A stretch of 64,000 bases of DNA from Tubulanus polymorphus (taxonomy: Eukaryota; Animalia; Nemertea), in contig NC_134025.1 in assembly GCF_964204645.1 (NCBI RefSeq), positions 7,998,001-8,062,000 of the forward strand. Direction: 5' to 3'. Of the stretch, positions 24,653 to 64,000 are shown piece after piece (positions within the stretch are counted from its first letter, which is position 1; each line of letters starts with the position of its first letter). The notes below the pieces were generated by a model. The model did not search any database. It was not told the origin of the DNA and worked only from the letters and a program-made list of their open reading frames with translations. The translations under genes and the position numbers were made by a program.

Positions 24653-26220
24653 TTGGATTACCGGTAGCCTATATTCATAGACTGTGCAAACTTGTGATAA
24701 TTAAGATAGGAGTTTGTTGACCGTGTGGCTGGCTGTCAAAAATTGATGTAAATTTTACTGAATTTTATCTATCCGCTATTGAATAAATCTGGAATAAGTT
24801 TTATAAAAATTGTTGTTCAATGGTTTAGTTCATTCATTTTTGTTGTGTACCAGTACACATGCTTTGTCCGATTCTGATGAAAGACTGGTACAGATTACTT
24901 CACTCATTTCTTTAAATCCTTGGTTACAAGATTAAACGAACTTGAGGAGGCTAATGAAATTAACTGGTGGCCTGAAAATCTGTCCAGTACCTGGTGCAGG
25001 CGTCTTTCATTAAATGTTGCCTTTATCATATTGTCTCCTGATTAATAAGTCAATTGGCAGAAAATATCTAAAATGCTGTTTTCTTATTACAAGGAGACAG
25101 TTGCAGCAATTTTTTGGTTTTAGTATTTCAAGAATCGCAGGTAATCAGGTCTGGTTTTCTAACTGTGGCATGCGAGTAATAAGCTAGTTTACCGGGCGGA
25201 AGTGGAGTAGTCTGTGTATGAACCGATCGTAATTGAAAGCGATGAAAAGAAGTAGCTGATGTGTGAAACATAATTGCATGGATTCATGGTTTTTGCGGAT
25301 GACATGAGTTCCAGAGCCTAAGCTAGGTCTGTATCATAAACAGGCTCTCTGTATAATGTACGAAAAAATGTACAGACTGTCAACATAGACACCACCAGTT
25401 TCATCAATCAGTTGATGCTGTCTTCTTGTTGGAATAGAAGGACGATGAGGATTGTCTGTCTGCTGAACAAAATGAGGATATTTCCAAAAATTGATTGTCC
25501 ATCCTTTTTATCACTGTTTTGTTTATCGGCATCATCAATTAACCATGCACCCTTCAAAGGCTTCATCCAATCCATCTCAACCATGATCCATATCTACTAA
25601 TATTCTGTTGAATTACGAATTATTATTAGTACTAGGGCCTACACTTTACTTCACTAACTTGTAAGTGTAACTATAAACTGAATAAATAAACCAAAATTAA
25701 ATCTCAATTCTCTTACCAACTTATTTAAGATATTATATTAAAGAAAAATTGGATGTTTTGGCCAATGCAGCGTTATTTGTGTAGATGCTATTTTGCCAAT
25801 GGCTATTATGATCTATACTAAATAAAGAGTAGGACCTAGGTCTAATATAATTAGGACCCAGAGAGTTAGGGTTACACTCAGACTTGAAGTTTGTTTACTC
25901 CTAGGACTAGGTCTAGTGGAAAGACAAATTGCTGGCGCTGTTTCGAATCCCGCTCTATTTGCTCTATCTTCTTAAACTCTGATCTCCACACTTCCCTTGA
26001 GTTGCGCACTTCTGTACCTATGCTATGGGCGGCGTAGATTAGCCAATCAAAACGAGCCTTTGGCAAAAAAGCATAAACAGGAATTATGCCTCATTGGCAA
26101 AATATCCACTGCCTATTCTTGATTATAATAATCAAGAATAGTTCAATAATATTGAACTGATGTCCGTTTATTTTATTTTAGGATTGCATCTTTCATATTT
26201 ATTAGTCCGCCCCCGTCAAA

Positions 26221-28681
26221 ATGATTCTTCTGGGTAAGTTTTCAGATATTGAATTCGATGAATGAAATTTCATTTGAAATGTGTTTTGAGTTTCATTGAT
26301 ATATTCTACCGACAGAATTACCTGAAGTCGCATTGCGAGAATGCTTGCAAAGTTTACGATACCATTTGGATCTTCTGGATGAATTGGTCATTTCTGCTGA
26401 TGAGGGAACATGGAATCGTTGGAGCAGCAAACGTCGCCAGCCGGAAGAGTCGAGGAAAGGTCTGGAGAAATTTTTGCCATGTTTTATTCTAGCATATCCA
26501 CAGGGCCATATTTAGCAATTGGCTGCCACCCTTCCCCACCAATTTTGGAAAATGCCCATATTGCAAATATTGTTATATCCTAATAGAACTGCCCTTTTCG
26601 GGTTTCTCTGCCCCTCCCCCAAATCAAAATGCTAGCTCCAGCCCTGATTCATCAAATAATTCAGCACTATTCTCTCCATGTAACTTTTTGACAATTTTTT
26701 GTAGATGTCGATAAAGGCAATTCCAAGGTAAAACCAATTATGGTTCATGAAGTAGAAGATAGTGTATCTGGTTGTAGTGGCAATGATGATGATATTGGTG
26801 GTTCAGAGAATGAAGACTCCACATCTGGCATGCCAAAAATTGCAAACACTTATTCGATCTTGGAAGGAAGCGTCTTTCTTCCAAATCCATCGATACAGGA
26901 AGAGACAAAGAAGAGTAGTGAAAATCCTCCTACCCAGGATAAGAATAAAAAAGAAGATATTATACCGAAAGGAAAAATGTGTTCAAATGCAGAGAATTCA
27001 TCAAATATGAACTCTGTAACTGTAGATTCTGATATCGATGTTGAAAATGAATCGAATTCAACATCAGAAACTGTATTACAACCACCACCAGTTGCGAAAG
27101 ACCGTGAATGTACCTTCGTCGAAGTAAAACGTGAACGAATGTCACCCATACCGAGTGCGAGTCGGGATACGCCTAGCAGTTCAACTCCCAGTCCTGCTGT
27201 ATCGAGCGTCAAGGAAGAGCAGTTGTCCCCAAGTAGCTCGTCATCCGGCAAATACCAACATTATGGGTTGAGCCCTCGACCATTTCGTAAAAATCAAATA
27301 ATCCCACCTCAGTCTCTATATAATCCAACTGCTGCAGGTAAATAATAGGCCTATTTAAAACTCATTTTCTTTAGAAAATATAACACAGTTAGCATGTAAA
27401 ACTAATTACGACAGTTTTATTTTTTTAGGACCACGTGGAAAATTGCCGAATTACTTCATGCCCAAACCATTTGTGAATCGTGATGGTACTGTCTTGAACA
27501 AGTGTCATATCTGTCTGAATATCTATCCATCGCATCAGAAGCTCGCGCGACACCTGCGTAGACATGCCGGTGTTCGGCCGTTCAGATGTCATTTGTGTGG
27601 AAAGTGCTTTTTCCAGGTGTGCGACTTAAAAAGACATCGTACAGGAGTGCATGCTGAGGATGCACCATTTCATTGCGGTCAGTGTGGTAAAGTGTACGCG
27701 TATCCAACGGACTTACGACAACATGTAAAATCTCATTTCAAATCGAATGATATCAAAGTAGAAAACGAGGATAGCAAAGTTGGCCTGCTGGAAGCTATTC
27801 AGAAGGTTGTTAAGCATGAAGAGACTGCAGACAGAGAGGCTGGTATACCGAACAAAGTTAGAATAATCGCGATAAAAAGGACAAATGCGCAAGCAGCTGA
27901 TGTTACTACTGTTCAAAAACTACCAGTAAGCGAAGAATCTACATCGACGAATAACATGGGAATCTCTACAACGAATGCTGGTCAAACTGCGCTGCTAGCT
28001 TCAGTCAATAATCAGAAGAGTATATTGCTGAATAAACCAAAAACATACGCAATAGTCAATAATTCTAGTGGTGTATCTCGACCGCTTGCTATTCTTACCC
28101 CTACACCTTCATCGAAACAAAACATTTCACTGCCAGAAACACACCAGTGTAATAGTCAACCGGTGTTTAATCAGGGAAATAGTGCTTTTAGCCATTCCAA
28201 TTTGACATACATTCGCCATCCAGCTTCTCAGAATTATCGCAATGATAATAACGCAGCACAAGTGCGGCCACCAACCTATTTATTCCAACCTCAAGTCGCA
28301 CCTGTTCGAATCGTTCAGTCAAATATGAATGTTACGGCACCCGCATTTCAACCAGTCCGCTATCAATCCTTGATTACAGGTGCTGTAAACCAGTCCCTGC
28401 CACTGTCCCAACCATCAATCCCTAGACCTCCCCCTTTACAGCGATTTGGATCAGTTTCTTCTTTGAACGTACATCATAATATTGGGCATGCATCTACGCA
28501 TTTGTCACTACCTCCTCCGCCGATGCAGACAGCACCTGCTGCGCTTCGAGCTGCTAGTTCAGAAGCGACTATAACGAATACGCGGCTTCACGATAACGCT
28601 CCTGTTAATTCAGGACCTCATAAGATTTATGAGGAACATGTAGAAACTGGTGAGACATACGAGATTCTGCAGTTAGATTAA
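26221..28681 (+). CDS. C2H2 zinc-finger protein (three fingers), four predicted coding exons
   Basis: CHIC..HLRRH-AGVRPF-RCHLC..HRTGVH-AEDAPF-HCGQC..HVKSH; upstream exons join in frame from the ATG at 26221 (start less certain). Confidence 0.8.
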
Positions 28682-29258
28682 ATTCTGTTCACCAAATAAT
28701 ACTATGTACTGTATACATGTACATAAACATGCTTTTAAGTGTTTAAGAGTATATGAAATAGTACTGATTCTCATGTATATAAGGTGTTTATGAATCAGTG
28801 AACAATTTATTTTAAACTTAATTGAATATACAATTTACATCATTAAGTTAAGCGTATAAAATCTGTATGTTATTTACTATGGGCAATCTTTTATTGTGTT
28901 GTTAGACATTTTGATGAATGTGCTAGAAATTTTGTTTTGGATTATAGTCCAATGAATAGATTTGAGGCTGCTTAGTTCATGAGTCTATTTTGTGACAATT
29001 ATTGTCTTCATCACTCTTCATTAGTTGGGTCTTATTTTGGGGTTTTATAAACAATCGGGTCTTTTTAGTATTTAGTATTTTAACTCAAGTAGTTAACTTT
29101 AGTAGTTCATGTATGTTATTCATATGAATTTGTATGCTTACTACGTTTGATGTATTATGTATGAAGCATTGGCTGCTAGTACCAGATTCTTTGTATACAA
29201 TAGGATCTCACTAGTGTATTTCTATCTTGTTTTCCATTAATGTTGCATGTGCATACTG

Positions 29259-30135
29259 GGGCCGGTTTCACAAAGCGTAATTAACCCTTAATTATGATTA
29301 AATCACTAATCATGATTAAATTATCATGATTTAATCAAGTTAGGTGTTTCACAAAACGTAATTAACTTTTATTATAATTAAGTTGATTACAGAATTTAAT
29401 TCTCCTCTAGAGTGTAATTAAACCTTATAATCATCATTAGTTTATTATTAAAAACAAAAAGCTGCAGATATTATTCATGGAATTTGGTGTTTATTAATTG
29501 ACGACGGCAATTCCTACACTTATTTAGTTTTTCAGATTGTTTGGCTCAAATAATTTGGATTTTTTGCCTTTTGTAAAAAAGGCATGTCTCTATTGATTTA
29601 TTTTCAAACGTCCTATGTTTTTGTCAGCACGACCACCACATACTTAGAAGTATTGAATTAATTGATTTTGTCCATATATATGATAGATTTCCGTCAGTAG
29701 AGTACATATCTATGGAGTTAGTGTTAAAAAGTGCTAATCACTGCTCGGAAATAAACCCCATTTACGAGGATTTAATTTTGCTGACTGGAGGTGAGTTTCT
29801 ATTTAAAAACTTCTGAGACATCTTACTAAGTTTTTCCACTGGTTCCTGAGACCTTTCAGAGCAATCTTTAACTCCCAAAGGAGTGAATTTCTCTTTTCCT
29901 CTAAACAAGGAAGGTTGTTGATGCTTGGACAGCAAATGGCTGTCTAAAGTTCCGCCATTTTGATACAGTTAAATTGTAATCAAGTTGCCTAATTATGTAA
30001 TTAGTTAATTTTGTAATTAAACCCTTTCGTGAAACCGAATTTTAATCGTAATTAACTAATCATGATTAAGGAAATTTAATCATGAATTAGGTCCTAATTA
30101 TAATTAAAGTTAATTATGCTTTGTGAAACCGGCCC
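29259..30135. mobile_element. Non-autonomous PIF/Harbinger-like DNA transposon
   Basis: TIR gggccggtttcacaaagcgtaattaac / gttaattatgctttgtgaaaccggccc, CTG TSD on both sides, subterminal taatta repeats; possible decayed Myb/SANT-like remnant on the minus strand (..LRNQWKKL). Confidence 0.85.
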
Positions 30136-31133
30136 CTGGGTACATATCGGTACAGTAATTCAAGAATTTGGTGTAATTTTGTAACATGAATGATACTATT
30201 GTAGATTACAATTGGCATTAGAACAAATATGAAATAATTCAAACTAAATGAAATACTTCGGAAGATATATAAATATTCTGAATTCCTAGTCATTGTACGT
30301 CTTAATGGCATTTCATGATCATTTCCTACTTACCGGGTATTTTTATTTTTACTGAGAAAATCTTTTTTTCTTTTGGCAATCATGTCTTAATCGTAACTGA
30401 CCAATAGTATGTAAGTTAAATTGTAACTGGTTTTCTATAGTTTGCTGTCGCTGATGATTGAATAAAATTCAAATTCACTTAGAATAAAGTACGTATGTAT
30501 TCAAAGGTTAATCTTTCTTCTATCATGGTTTTTATTTGTGCATAACATATATATTGTCAATATGGTTTCTCATCACCACCACACTGGATCAAGGATTTAT
30601 GCGGAGGGTTAACAGATTCCATAGTCAATGAAAGAGTTCGTTTACAGGTTGCTGGTATCAAATAAGTTTATACCAAGAAATTGATTCAATCTTCTGGATC
30701 CTGTTGTTTACATTTTTCTCTTGATAGCAGCAATTCTTGTTTGGAGAGATTGTTAGCCATTTTGAGATCATGTAAGAGTCCAGATGATTCCAGTGTACAT
30801 TTTTCTTCAATAATCCAAAAAACATTCAAAGCTCGATATACAATATTAAAGTTTTATTTGTATGTACATTTACAAAGCATGGCTCTCGCTTAGGTTAGAA
30901 ACTAAATGCAGCTTGCTTTTTCTCGCACACCTCGTAGTTGAGTCGAGATGAATCAATAACCTTTCTGGGTCATCTGCATAAACCATTTTTGATTACCAAC
31001 TCAATCAAATATCGATATCACCGAACGATAGAGCAGGCAGGAAAGGAAAGTAACTGCTTTCATTTCAGTCGACCAGTTCATACGATTGGTTGCATCTGCA
31101 GTTGTTTTGTCTTAACATAAGATCGATAAGCCT

Positions 31134-62134
<31,001 letters not shown>

Positions 62135-63247
62135 GATGTATTATATCATTCACTGCAAGAGAATTTTGACATTAGAATAAAAAATAATATCCTAACACCA
62201 TAACAATTACTACAGTTTTTGTTAGGATCTTGTAAGAGGTAACAGGGTGGACTTTCGCCCATTACTCCAGAAAAAGCGTGTAATTTTACAATGGACGTCA
62301 TGATGTATTATATCATTCACTGCAAGAGAATTTTGACATTAGAATAAAAAATAATATCCTAACACCATAACAATTACTACAGTTTTTGTTAGGATCGTAG
62401 GTTCAATCAAGACTGCTTAACTAGAGCAGCACTCAATGTACAAAAAGCAACATCTTTCCGATCTTTTGCAGAGAATAACCACTAATAAAGCAGATACATT
62501 ATCAACGCCCCAGGCCAGGAACAGTAGCCCATTGTCCAGCAAGTGCCAGAATTTCATCCCAAATAGGATAATATCAACTAGAATTAGTGACTAGCCTACT
62601 TTCATACTGGATATGATATAGTGAAATATCGGTTTAAATATTACAAACAGATTTTCTGGTCCCCTGAGGTTCGTTACAACGAGGTTCAACTGTACAAGGG
62701 GACATGGTGGATTGGCCAGCAGAACACAACACAGCGGCCCGAGCGAGGAGCGAGTGCAGAACAGATGCCGGCGGATCGGACGGATGGGTGGATGATCAAT
62801 CAGATCAGATCAGATGATGATGATGGCACCGTGAAACTGGGGTTAGAGGTAGTCTACAAATTATGTACTCACATTAGGATTAAAAACGAGAAACATAATC
62901 AGAATCGACAGATTGTGAGATAATTACTGGGCGAATGCAGTATGAGACAAAAGATGAAATTTTAAATGATTTAAGCGGCGAACTTGTAATAAAACAAAAT
63001 TGTGTGACGCCCACTGTAACAACTTACGTGTATCTCATAAATGCCGGTCACCGGACTCGGTCGTTTTTATCGTTTTCCGTGTCCGCGTACTAAGCAGTTT
63101 TGCAAATTGGGTTCGAATCCCGATAAAGTTCAGTAAATGAGTGGAGCGCTAGAGCGAAAATCTGAATTCCATACTTCTAGCTGTCAAAATTTGTTTATTT
63201 ATGGAACGTATCTGAGTCGACGAAAAGCTCATACTTACCTACCAGCT

Positions 63248-64000
63248 ATGGAATTTGACGATGAAGATGATGAACTGTTTAAGAATATATCTATTCCAAG
63301 TAAATTTAATCTGTGACAACATTTCAATGATAATATCTGAAAATAAGCTTTTTCGGAAAGTATTCCATTAATTTTTAGCTGATGCTGCTCCAAAAAAGGA
63401 CAATCAAGTCAAGGAAGCAGCAAATATCCCAGAAGAGTTCCCTTTTCCATTTGTTCCATATGATATACAAATCGGTTTCATGAAAGCGCTTTACAGGACA
63501 CTCGACGAGGGTAAAATCGGAATCTTCGAAAGTCCAACCGGTACAGTAAGTGTGGTTTGGGTCAGCAGTGCTCACTGATGATGCATCGGAGGGCACTTGT
63601 TTGAATTACGAAAGCATTTGTAGTACAGTAACATCCCAAAGTTCATCAATTCGAACCTGTTGTAGTTGAATGAGGAGTTTTTTTATTATAAGGTCAGGTG
63701 AGTATGAGGTTAAAAAAAATCATTTACCTAATTGTTGGTGGTAAGCTTTTATAATCACATGGGCTTATGTACGATTGTGAGACTAAACCACAGGCAGGTA
63801 ACTGACTTTAGAAAAATGAGATGTTAACGTGTCAACATGTAATTTTTCTAAAGTTAGTTACTGGTAATTACTTCAAAACATTTGGAAGTAATTAAAGGTG
63901 TCACTGTTTGATTTAAGGGGAAGTCATTGAGTCTCATATGTGGAGCATTAAAGTGGTTGCGGGATTTTGAAGATAAACAGAAGCAAGAATTGGAAGATTT
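63248..64000 (+). CDS. DDX11: ATP-dependent DNA helicase DDX11/ChlR1, 5' part
   Basis: [36 protein letters not shown]|[17 protein letters not shown]; exon 1 63248-63299 joins in frame. Confidence 0.92.

Noticed and set aside
26501-26646. hAT-like MITE (cagggc/gccctg)
   Set aside because: Very short TIR and no matching TSD

Overview
Gene-dense, intron-containing invertebrate animal DNA, probably lophotrochozoan (inferred, not determined). There are eight protein-coding genes: MANEA(-, partial), SCAF4/8(+), SOD1(-), XPO4(+), a C2H2 zinc-finger gene(+), CPSF2(-, 31 kb), an NPY/sNPF/PrRP-family GPCR(+) nested in a ~20 kb CPSF2 intron, and DDX11(+, partial). Three pairs are head-to-head. The most notable content is intronic non-coding RNA: (1) a ~127-bp tandem array of SNORD52-like C/D snoRNAs in SCAF4/8 introns; (2) three pre-miRNA-like hairpins with a miR-29-type seed in XPO4 introns; (3) two ~260-nt C/D RNAs in XPO4 introns whose guide is antisense to the elongator tRNA-Met anticodon (SNORD97/SCARNA97-like), one of them inside a U12 intron; (4) a 166-bp insertion flanked by a target-site duplication (TSD) that carries a minimal hammerhead-like core. 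Also present are two U12 introns, several MITEs, a 167-bp duplication of the CPSF2 start and a 436-bp palindrome. All exon boundaries and homologies were read by eye or recalled from memory; no searches or folding programs were run.
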